Assembly: GCA_947258645.1 (NCBI GenBank)
Contig: CAMYJL010000002.1
Span: forward strand, 1-38,192
Origin: an uncultured Nitrospinota bacterium
Lineage (GTDB): Bacteria; UBA8248
Direction of reading: 5' to 3'
Length of the DNA stretch: 38,192 nucleotides
Of the stretch, positions 1 through 7,662 are shown piece after piece (the first letter of the stretch is position 1; every line of letters begins with the position of its first letter). Below the pieces are notes generated by a model. That model saw only the letters and a list, made by a program, of their open reading frames with translations. It was not told the origin of the DNA and made no database searches. The translations under genes were made by a program, and so were the position numbers.

Positions 1-288
1 CCGGAGTTCCAGGAAGCGGTGGCCCGGGTCGTGGGTGCGAGCCGAGACCCCCTGCCTCCCGAGGCCGCCCCTCGCTTGGAGGCGTTGGCGGCAGACGGCG
101 CCCTGGCCATCCCGGAAGCCTGCCGGCTCCTCCCCGAGCTGACTGCGATCACGTCGGTCAGCAGTTCGGGATCGGCCCCCGCGGCGACGCCGAGTGCCAT
201 CGCCTCGGCCAGGGCGGCGAGATTCACGTGGGAGAGCATGTTGTTCACCACCTTGAAGAGCATGCCCATGCCGGGGCCGCCGCAGTGA
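1..288 (+). CDS. Possible 3' part of a CDS entering from outside the window; only about the first 120-135 nt look natively coding
   Basis: Frame +1 reads PEFQEAVARVVGASRDPLPPEAAPRLEALAADGALAIPEA with GC3-rich codons, then becomes S/A/T-rich antisense shadow of the minus-strand dehydrogenase until TGA at 286-288. Confidence 0.35.
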   Translation, partial: PEFQEAVARVVGASRDPLPPEAAPRLEALAADGALAIPEACRLLPELTAITSVSSSGSAPAATPSAIASARAARFTWESMLFTTLKSMPMPGPPQ

Positions 289-793
289 AAGATATTTTTC
301 CCGAAAGGCTCGAGGACGGGCCGCAGACGCTCGAAGCCCGCCGCGCTCCCGCCCACCATGAGCGTCAGCGTTCCCGCCTCCGCTCCCCCCACTCCGCCGC
401 TCACGGCCGCATCCATCAGCTCCGCTCCACGCGCCGCGGCGGCGGGCGCGAGCTCGCGAATGAGCGAGGGCGAGACCGTACTGGCCTCGGCGACGATGGC
501 GCCTTCCGGGATCGCTTCGAAAATGCCGCCCTCCCCGGTCATCACCTCGCGGGAGATCGCGGGGTGCGGCAGGGAGGTGAAAACCACCTCGGCCCCCGAG
601 GCGGCCTCGCCGGGACTCCCGCAGGGCGCGCCGCCGAAGGGCTTCATGGCCGACACCGCCTCCTCGCGGATGTCGTAAACCCCCACCGCGTGACCGCTCT
701 CCAGAAGGTGGCGGCAGATGTTGCTTCCCATTCGGCCGAGGCCGACGAAGCCTTGTTTCCCATTCGGCCGAGACCGACGAACCCGATATTCAA
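121..793 (-). pseudogene. NAD(P)-dependent beta-hydroxyacid dehydrogenase (3-hydroxyisobutyrate dehydrogenase/2-hydroxy-3-oxopropionate reductase family), frameshifted and apparently 3'-truncated
   Basis: Manual translation: TTG at 793 after an AGGGGGG SD gives MNIGFVGLGRMG. The body has VFTSLP, DAAVSGG, GTLTLMVGG, KVVNN, EAMALG. A 32-nt duplication (721-784) shifts the frame, and family resemblance ends after VIAVSSGRSRQ near 121. Confidence 0.75.
721..784. repeat. Imperfect 32-bp tandem duplication (2 copies, 3 mismatches)
   Basis: Minus strand: gggttcgtcggtctcggccgaatgggaaacaa (784-753) followed by ggcttcgtcggcctcggccgaatgggaagcaa (752-721). Confidence 0.95.
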
Positions 794-990
794 GACGAGT
801 TTCCCCCCTGCGTGAAATTCATGCCGGATGAGCCGGAGTCACTGGTTTGCACTGTGAGAAAGAGTTTAGCAGACAACAAAAGAGGACGGCACGGAAGGCG
901 GCGGCGGAGCGGATGAGGCCCGGACGCGAGTCCGGCCACCGTCAGGCGAGCGCCCCCGTTCCCCTTACCACGAAAACCCGCGCGGCCTCT

Positions 991-1131
991 CTAGGCACCC
1001 CGGCCCGGCCCCAGGAACAGCCAGCGGTGGTCCTTTTCCGGGTTCCGGGCCTCCCGGCCCCACGGGAAGAGAAGAAAGGCCGCGAAGAAGACAACAACGG
1101 CCGCAGCTACGATAACCATCGCCCAAAACAT
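991..1131 (-). CDS. Small single-pass membrane protein, 46 aa (below the ORF-track cutoff)
   Basis: ATG at 1131 preceded by GAAGGAGGGGG. Translation MFWAMVIVAAAVVVFFAAFLLFPWGREARNPEKDHRWLFLGPGRGA, stop TAG at 993-991. About 22 hydrophobic N-terminal residues. Confidence 0.6.
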   Translation of the reverse strand: MFWAMVIVAAAVVVFFAAFLLFPWGREARNPEKDHRWLFLGPGRGA

Positions 1132-1206
1132 GGCGCCCCCTCCTTCTTTTCAATGTAGGTCCTGCACGGCCACCCGGCATCAGCGGGTATCCCTCCCGGG
1201 GCCACT

Positions 1207-1307
1207 GCAGGGTTTGCCGCCGAAGGGCTTCATGGCCGCCATCGCTTCCTTACAGATGTCGTAAACCCCCACCGCGTGACCGCTCTCTAGAAGGTGGCGG
1301 CAGATGT
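1207..1307 (-). repeat. 101-bp direct repeat of 621-721; orphan fragment of the dehydrogenase gene
   Basis: Ungapped alignment at offset 586 with 10 mismatches. Encodes ICRHLLESGHAVGVYDICKEAMAAMKPFGGKPC versus ICRHLLESGHAVGVYDIREEAVSAMKPFGGAPC in the gene. Confidence 0.95.
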
Positions 1308-1458
1308 GCCCCCGGCGGCTTTCCTCTTTCTCCCGGGCCGGGTAGATTTTGGGGTGTTCCGCAACCGGCTCCATCCCCGCGCAAAGACGCGTCCGCTCCT
1401 GATGGGCCGCTTCTTTCAGGTTGCGATAAATCCGTTGAACCGATCGGGAGATTAGGAA

Positions 1459-2847
1459 ATGAGCCTCATCGACGCCCTGGCAAAAGCCGCCTGCGAATTC
1501 GACTACGAAAAATTGTCCCCCGAAATCGTGGAGACCGCCAAGCTTCGCGTACTCGACGGGGTCGGCGTCGGACTCCACGGCTCGACGCTCCGTCCCCTGT
1601 TCGATCCGATGATCAAAATCTTCCACGGTTGGGGCGGAGAGGGAACCGCCTCGGTCTTCGGGGAGCCGGGCGGATTCGCCCCCCGGTATGCGGCCGCCAT
1701 CAACAGCGTCATCATCACCGCCTCCGCGTTTCAGGAAACCCACCGCTCGTCGCTGGCCCATCCGTATTCGCCGGTCATGTCCACCGCGCTCGCCGTGGGG
1801 GAGGAGAAATCCGTGAGCGGCAGGGACTTCCTCCTGGCCCTGGTGGCGGGATACGAGGTCTACCTGCGGGTCGCCACGGCCGTGAACCCTTCGTTCATGC
1901 AAAGGGGGATACAGACCACGGGGGGGGTCGCTCCCTTCGGGGCGGCCGCAGTTTGCGGAAAGCTCTATGGTTTCGATCAGGCGAAGATGAAAGACGCCAT
2001 CGCCCACGCGGCGAACTTCGGGGGCGCGGCGCTCATCGAGGCGCACGGCGCGAAGCCCTACTTTGCCGTCCAGGTGGGCGTCAACGTCGAAAAAGGGATC
2101 CTGGCGGCCCTGCTGGCCAGGGACGGGGTGGTCGGCTGCGACACGAACCTCGAAGGGGGGTCCGTCCACGAAAAGGGATTCCTCCAGGCCCATACCGACA
2201 GCTTCGACACGAAAGTGATCGAGGAAGGATTTGACGGGCGGCTGGGCATCGAGGAGCCCGGCTACAGCTTTTACCTCGTCGCCAGCTTCTCACGCACGCC
2301 CATCGACGCGACGCTCTCCATCGTCCGGGACAACCAAATCGCGGTGGATGACATCCGCTCGATTACCGTGAAGCTGACCAACACCCTGTTTAATTTCACG
2401 CAACGGAAAATTCAGACGGCCGACCAGTCGGCGCGCGAGGCCTACTATTACATCCCGTTCCACCTCGCGCTCGCCTTGCTGAAAGGCGGCGTGGAGGATG
2501 ACATGTACACGGATGAAATCCTGAAATCTCCGGAGGTTCAACAACTGATGGCGAAGGTCGAGGTCACCGCCGATCCGGAGCTGGACGCGGAATTCGCTGA
2601 ATCACAGGCCGTGACGACCGTCATCGTCGAGATCCGGACCCGGGACGGGAAGGAATTTGCAAAAAAGCTCTCCCGCTGGAAGGGCGACCCGGAAAACCCC
2701 GCCACCAAGGAAGAGATTCAGGCGAAGTTCCGCCGGATCACCTCGAAGGTCCTGACGCCATCCGATGCCGAGGACGCGATCGAACTGATCGGGAACCTCG
2801 ATTCGCTCAAGGACATCCGCGAGCTGGGCCGCCTCATCCGCCGATGA
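1459..2847 (+). CDS. MmgE/PrpD family protein
   Basis: 462 aa. AKLRVLDGVGVG, TH..S.AHP, LLALVAGYEV, G.FGAAA and C-terminal KGDPENP...KF are typical of the family. GGAG/AGGA upstream. Confidence 0.88.
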   Translation: MSLIDALAKAACEFDYEKLSPEIVETAKLRVLDGVGVGLHGSTLRPLFDPMIKIFHGWGGEGTASVFGEPGGFAPRYAAAINSVIITASAFQETHRSSLAHPYSPVMSTALAVGEEKSVSGRDFLLALVAGYEVYLRVATAVNPSFMQRGIQTTGGVAPFGAAAVCGKLYGFDQAKMKDAIAHAANFGGAALIEAHGAKPYFAVQVGVNVEKGILAALLARDGVVGCDTNLEGGSVHEKGFLQAHTDSFDTKVIEEGFDGRLGIEEPGYSFYLVASFSRTPIDATLSIVRDNQIAVDDIRSITVKLTNTLFNFTQRKIQTADQSAREAYYYIPFHLALALLKGGVEDDMYTDEILKSPEVQQLMAKVEVTADPELDAEFAESQAVTTVIVEIRTRDGKEFAKKLSRWKGDPENPATKEEIQAKFRRITSKVLTPSDAEDAIELIGNLDSLKDIRELGRLIRR

Positions 2848-2943
2848 GAGCCCGGCGAATTCTCGCGGACGAGACAAGCCGCCGGCATGGGCGGATGCCT
2901 CCCCGGCAGAGAAGGTCAAACCGCCGCACCGCGAATGCTAGGC

Positions 2944-3285
2944 TCATCGTCGGGTACCCGGAACCGCCAACCGGCGTATCGTTTCCCGGACCGCCGTTCC
3001 CGCTTTGACGGCCTGTTCCTGGTGGATCGCCATTCGGCTTTTTCCGTTGACGTCGAAAAATGCGAGAAAGACTTCGTTCTTTTTGTCCAGGCCCAGGGTG
3101 GCGCGGATATTCCCGCCCTCATCCTCCACAATAAATGTCCTGGCCTTGATCGTCTCCGCGGAACCGGCCTTCATGGAAGCCCCCGCGATGACAGCCGATG
3201 CGATCAAGATCACGCCCAGGGAGGCGAATTTACGGAGCCTGCGGTTTTCCTTCTCAAGCCGTTCCAGCCGCTCTTCTGTGGACAT
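2944..3285 (-). CDS. Hypothetical membrane-anchored protein (coiled coil, TM helix, beta-rich region)
   Basis: 113 aa: EERLERLEKENRRLR, hydrophobic LGVILIASAVIAGA, then ARTFIVEDEGGNIRATLG. Purine-rich SD (AAGGGGG). Confidence 0.65.
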   Translation of the reverse strand: MSTEERLERLEKENRRLRKFASLGVILIASAVIAGASMKAGSAETIKARTFIVEDEGGNIRATLGLDKKNEVFLAFFDVNGKSRMAIHQEQAVKAGTAVRETIRRLAVPGTRR

Positions 3286-3440
3286 TTTCCATCCCCCTTT
3301 CTCATGGGTATTTTCGGTGATCGGCAGCGTTTCTATATAAATATGGATATAACCATAACAGTCTGGAGCCTCCGGTATTCCCGCTCAAGGCGTCTCAGCC
3401 TTGATGCGCCGAACCGCGACCGCCCGAAGGAGGGCCCAGC

Positions 3441-4847
3441 CTAGGGAGGCGAAAGACCCAGCTCCCGCTCCCTCTGCTTGCCCATCATCCAGACAACGAC
3501 CGAGGTCCCCGAAGCGATAAAGCAAAGAATCCCTGCAAAAACAAAGGGGATGAGGTAAGCCTTCGTCGTATCGAACAGGACGCCTCCCACGACGGGGCCC
3601 ATGATGCCCGCCACGCCATAGGCGGTGAATATCCAGCCATAGTTGATTCCCAGGTTTTTCGCACCGAAGTAATCCGAGGTGGCCGAGGGAAAAAGGGCGA
3701 AGTTTCCGCCAAAGTTCAGGCCCACCCAGGCCGACGCCAGGAAGATGGCGGATACCGAGTTCACGCTCACGAGGAGCATGAAGGCCATCCCCTGCGCCAG
3801 GAACATCATCATCATCGCCCGGGGCCTGTCGATGACATCGCTGACCTTGCCCCAGAAAATGCGGCCGAAGGCGTTGAAAATCGCCAGTATCCCGACGGGC
3901 TCGATAAAACGGCCGAAGCCGCCCATCCACACCGGCGCGAAGGTCTTCCCTCCCAGGATGGAACTCATCATGGGTTTCCACTGGCCGATGGCCATGAGGC
4001 CCGAGGTCGCGCCGAAGATGAAAGTGAGCCACAGCATGCAGGCCAGCGGCGTGTTCAGCATGTCGTCCCATTCGATCTCCCTGGCCGATTCCTTGGAGGC
4101 ATCCGGCGCCTGCCAGCCGGGCGGGCTCCAGCCCGCCGGCGGATTCCGCAGAAGGGAGGCGCCCAGAATCACGGCACCGGCGCAGACGAGCCCGTGCAGG
4201 ACGAAAAAGGTCTTCCAGCCGATCCCGAAGCCGCCGCCTTTCGTGATGCCCAGGGCGATCAGGAGGATTTGCGAAAGCCCGATGGCCTCCTCTCCCCCGG
4301 CGGGCGGGAGCAGCAGGATCGAGGCCGGGCCCGCAAAAAAAAGGGCGCCCGCCCCGAAGCCCGCCACCGACAGGCCCGCGATGAGCCCCTTTTTCTCCGG
4401 ATACCACTTGGTGGCCGCCGCAATGGGGCAAACGTAGGCGAAGCCGATCCCGGCCCCGCCGAGGACGCCGTAGCTCAGGTACAAAATCCACGGATACTCG
4501 CGCTGGACGACAAAGGCGCTCAGGATGAACGATAGGCCCAGCAGAATTCCGCCGATGGTCGCCACCTTGCGCGGGCCGATCCGATCCTGCATCCGGCCCG
4601 CCGGAATCATCACGATGGCAAAAGAAACGAGGGCAAAAGAAAAAGCCCATTGAGTCGTGGCCCTGTCCCAGCCAAACTCGATCTCAAGAGGCTTCACGAA
4701 GACGCTGAACGCATAGACCGTGCCCAGAATGATCTGAACAATGAGTCCGCCCGCAACGACCGACCAGCGACTGTTAAAATTACGACTTTCCAACGGCCCA
4801 TCTCCTCTTTCGAACAAGGAAAAATCCATGGGCCGCCCCATACTCAT
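3441..4847 (-). CDS. MFS transporter, oxalate/formate antiporter (OFA)-like
   Basis: Many TM segments. G..YAFSVF, MFS motif A GRMQDRIGPR, KWYPEKKGLIAG, GR.FWG.VSD, FGAKNLGINYG. Start may be the ATG at 4829. Confidence 0.9.
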   Translation of the reverse strand: MSMGRPMDFSLFERGDGPLESRNFNSRWSVVAGGLIVQIILGTVYAFSVFVKPLEIEFGWDRATTQWAFSFALVSFAIVMIPAGRMQDRIGPRKVATIGGILLGLSFILSAFVVQREYPWILYLSYGVLGGAGIGFAYVCPIAAATKWYPEKKGLIAGLSVAGFGAGALFFAGPASILLLPPAGGEEAIGLSQILLIALGITKGGGFGIGWKTFFVLHGLVCAGAVILGASLLRNPPAGWSPPGWQAPDASKESAREIEWDDMLNTPLACMLWLTFIFGATSGLMAIGQWKPMMSSILGGKTFAPVWMGGFGRFIEPVGILAIFNAFGRIFWGKVSDVIDRPRAMMMMFLAQGMAFMLLVSVNSVSAIFLASAWVGLNFGGNFALFPSATSDYFGAKNLGINYGWIFTAYGVAGIMGPVVGGVLFDTTKAYLIPFVFAGILCFIASGTSVVVWMMGKQRERELGLSPP

Positions 4848-4987
4848 AACTTAGACCGCATCCACTTCACGCGCCACCCTTCGGACGGATACACCCCCGG
4901 CCGGCTTTCCAGTCCCCCCCGTTTACAGGTAGGTTTTCGGGTACCGATCATAAAACATCACCCCCACCCGAGGAGGGCCAAACCACC

Positions 4988-5752
4988 ATGCCTGGAACAC
5001 CGGACTATTTTTCGGGAAAAACCATCATCATCACCGGCGCGGCGAGCGGCATTGGCCGGGCGACGGCCCTCATTTTCGCCCGGGAGGGCGCCAACGTTCT
5101 CTGCGCGGACACCAACGAAGAAGGGGCCGTCCGCACCGCGGACGAGGCCAGCGAGGGGGGCGGAAGGGGGGTTTCGGTCATGACCGACGTGACCTCCCGC
5201 GCCAGCATCGAGGAGATGGTGAAAAAAGCGAAGGAAGCCTTCGGGCGCGTCGATTTTCTGTTTAACTCGGCCGGGGCGGCGCTCCGCCGCTCGCCGTTTC
5301 TGGAAATCGACGACGACCTCTGGGACAGGACCTTCGACCTGAACGTCAAGGGCACCTGCTACGCCATGCAGGCCGTCCTGCCCGAGATGCTCGCGGGCGG
5401 CGGGGGCGTCATCGTCAACATGGCGAGCATGTCCCACCGGCGGGGCGGCCCGGGAACCACCGTCCACTACGCCGCCGCCAAGGGGGCGGTCGTCTCGATG
5501 ACGCTGGGCGTCGCGCGCGAGTTCGCCGACCAGGGGATTCGCTGCCTTTCCATCTCGCCCGGCCCGATCGACACGCCGTTTCAGAACATCTCCTCGCCCG
5601 AGCTGCTCCAGTCCTTCAAGGAGGCCATCCCGATGGGCCGCTTCGGGCGCCCCGAGGAGATCGGCGAGATGGTGCTCTTCATGTGCTCGGATGCGTGCGC
5701 GTTCATGACGGCGGACACCGTCTACATCAACGGCGGGGGCGGATTCCGGTAG
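4988..5752 (+). CDS. Short-chain dehydrogenase/reductase (classical SDR)
   Basis: TGAASGIG, NSAG, YAAAK, PGPIDT, PMGRFG.PEE. GAGGAGG SD. Confidence 0.93.
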   Translation: MPGTPDYFSGKTIIITGAASGIGRATALIFAREGANVLCADTNEEGAVRTADEASEGGGRGVSVMTDVTSRASIEEMVKKAKEAFGRVDFLFNSAGAALRRSPFLEIDDDLWDRTFDLNVKGTCYAMQAVLPEMLAGGGGVIVNMASMSHRRGGPGTTVHYAAAKGAVVSMTLGVAREFADQGIRCLSISPGPIDTPFQNISSPELLQSFKEAIPMGRFGRPEEIGEMVLFMCSDACAFMTADTVYINGGGGFR

Positions 5753-5766
5753 AACGGGACGGCAAG

Positions 5767-5800
5767 AAAAAGGGGAGCGGACTGGATCAGCCCGCTCCCC
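5767..5800 (-). terminator. Intrinsic terminator (U-tract on minus strand; may also stop the SDR transcript)
   Basis: Minus strand GGGGAGCGGGCTG-ATC-CAGTCCGCTCCCC-TTTTT: 13-bp stem with one G-U, followed by a T-run. Confidence 0.8.
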
Positions 5801-6140
5801 ACCTCTTCTATTCTTCCGGCCCGGGATAATTTCCCGCCGGCCGTTATAGACGGTATTTTCGTCTTTTCAGTTTGTTAGTTTGCCGGCCTTTTCGACTTCC
5901 TCCCCGCCCGGCCAGCATCAGGGTCCGGGGAGGCTGGAAACTCGGCACGGGAGGTGCGGTTCCTTTCCTTCATCTTCCAACCTTTCATGAAATAACTTCC
6001 CTTCATGAAACTGCTCTTCTTGGGGCATCCCGCCCCCTTGCGCTACTCCTCCCGGTTCGTGCCGGGCACACGCCGGTTGAGGCCGGCCTCCATTGGGGGG
6101 TGTCCGAATATCGGAACTTTATATCCCCTATTTGAATAAT

Positions 6141-6169
6141 AATATGGGAACCCCTCGCAAATCCGGCAA
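6141..6169 (-). promoter_or_regulatory. Candidate sigma70-type promoter
   Basis: TTGCCG-17 nt-CATATT with an AT-rich UP-like tract upstream (about 6174-6201). Confidence 0.45.
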
Positions 6170-6263
6170 GCGCTTTTTCGAAAAAATGAAGAAATAATTT
6201 CAAGGCGGCGGGGGTACACGGCACTCCGAAATAAAGCCGGAGAGAAGGAAATGACGCGCGCCG

Positions 6264-6935
6264 TCAGGCGACGGAAGAGGCGCGCTCTTCCTGACAGAGC
6301 GAGGCAAAGCGCCGGAGAATTTCGAGCCCCCGCTTGCCGCTTTTTTCGGGGTGGAACTGGGTGGCAAAGAGGTTGTCGCGGCGGATGCTCGCGATGAAGG
6401 GCACGCCGTAGTCGCAGGTCGCCGCGATCCACGGGCGGCAGGCCTCGGTCACCTCGGCGTAGTAGGAGTGCACGAAGTAGTATTGCTCCCCCTCTCCGAC
6501 GCCGCTCAGCAGCGGCGAGGGCGCGCCCGGCCTGATCCCGTTCCAGCCCATGTGGGGAATCCGGATGGTGTGGGAGCGCCCCTCCTCCCGCACGTCTTCG
6601 GGAAAGCGGAGGATGCGGCCCGGCAAAATCCCCAGCCCCGGCGTCGAGCCGAACTCCTCGCTGGCCTCGAACAGAATCTGAAGCCCGAGGCAGATGCCGA
6701 GATAGGGAATCCCGCGCTCGATCGCCGCGCGGATGGGCTCGATCAGCCCGGTCGCCTGAAGCGCGTTCATGCACTCGGGAAATCCGCCCACGCCGGGGAG
6801 GATGATGCCGGCCGGACTTTCCAGATCGGCGGGGTCATTCGAGAGGACGGAGTCGGCGCCCACCTTCTTCAGGCCGTTTCGCACGCTCCGGACGTTGCCC
6901 ATCCCGTAGTCGATGACGACGATGGCGTCACTCAA
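6264..6935 (-). CDS. hisH: Imidazole glycerol phosphate synthase, glutamine amidotransferase subunit
   Basis: IDYGMGN, LPGVGGF, GICLGLQ, PHMGWN, YFVHSY, QFHPEKS. Confidence 0.97.
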   Translation of the reverse strand: MSDAIVVIDYGMGNVRSVRNGLKKVGADSVLSNDPADLESPAGIILPGVGGFPECMNALQATGLIEPIRAAIERGIPYLGICLGLQILFEASEEFGSTPGLGILPGRILRFPEDVREEGRSHTIRIPHMGWNGIRPGAPSPLLSGVGEGEQYYFVHSYYAEVTEACRPWIAATCDYGVPFIASIRRDNLFATQFHPEKSGKRGLEILRRFASLCQEERASSVA

Positions 6936-6956
6936 TTTCTCTCTCCGTCCGGATCG

Positions 6957-7559
6957 CTAGAGAACACCTTTCGTGCTGGGCACGCCCGTCTCTCTGGGGT
7001 CGATGGCGGCCGCCGCGCGGAGCGCACGCGCAAAACCCTTGAAGGCCGCCTCGACCATGTGGTGGCTGTTCTCGCCGTAACGCACATCGATGTGCAGGTC
7101 GATTCCGGCCTGCGTCGCCAGCGACCAGAAAAACTCGCGCACAAGCGCGGTGTCGAACTCGCCGATCTGCGCCTCGGGAAACATTCCCCGGAAGACGAGA
7201 TTCCCCCGGCCGCCCGCGTCCATCGTCACATCGACCAGCGCGTCCATCATCGGCAGGCGGAAGCTCGCGTAGCGGGTAATCCCCGCCCGGTCGCCCAGCG
7301 CCTTCGCGATGGTCTGCCCGAGGAGGATGCCCACGTCCTCGACCGTGTGGTGGCCGTCCACCTCGAGGTCGCCCTTCCCCTTGACGGTCAGGTCCACGAG
7401 GCCGTGGCGGGCGATCTGGCCGAGCATGTGGTCGAAAAAGCCGAGACCCGTCCTGATCTGCACCTTACCGCTCCCGTCCAGATCGACGGAGATGGTGAAA
7501 TCCGTCTCCTTCGTCTTCCGGCTGACCTGGGCCTTCCGGCCCGCCCTTTTCGCCGCCAC
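6957..7559 (-). CDS. hisB: Imidazoleglycerol-phosphate dehydratase
   Basis: [39 protein letters not shown] start at 7559 after AAGGAG; the ORF-track extension to 7856 overlaps hisD. Confidence 0.96.
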   Translation of the reverse strand: MAAKRAGRKAQVSRKTKETDFTISVDLDGSGKVQIRTGLGFFDHMLGQIARHGLVDLTVKGKGDLEVDGHHTVEDVGILLGQTIAKALGDRAGITRYASFRLPMMDALVDVTMDAGGRGNLVFRGMFPEAQIGEFDTALVREFFWSLATQAGIDLHIDVRYGENSHHMVEAAFKGFARALRAAAAIDPRETGVPSTKGVL

Positions 7560-7574
7560 GGCGGTATCTCCTTG

Positions 7575-7609
7575 AAAAAACGAATCTCCAGCCGCACGGG
7601 CTAGAGACT
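7575..7609 (-). terminator. Terminator-like hairpin between hisD and hisB
   Basis: Minus strand AGTCTCTAGCC-CGTGC-GGCTGGAGATT then CGTTTTTT, ending just before the hisB SD. Confidence 0.45.
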
Positions 7610-7662
7610 TTCCGGCCATCATTATGTTCGATGACGCCATCCGGCGCCAGAAGTATTCTTTC

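Noticed and set aside
621-1307. Diversity-generating retroelement TR/VR pair (about 100 bp, adenine-skewed mismatches)
   Set aside because: 3 of 10 mismatches are not at adenines, no reverse transcriptase is in the window, and the target is an N-terminal Rossmann region. GC-to-AT decay explains the skew.
1180-2193. 337-aa minus-strand ORF ending in dehydrogenase-like sequence
   Set aside because: Antisense shadow of the MmgE/PrpD gene that happens to run into the repeat fragment.
5835-5890. c-di-GMP-I riboswitch-like words (GGCAAAC...GAAA...GACG) on the minus strand
   Set aside because: The P2 stem does not pair and no gene lies downstream.
5767-6135. tmRNA or RNase P RNA, by size
   Set aside because: No tRNA-like TTCGA/CCA end. 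GAGGAAGTC only partly resembles GAGGAAAGTCC and the 3' P4 strand is absent.
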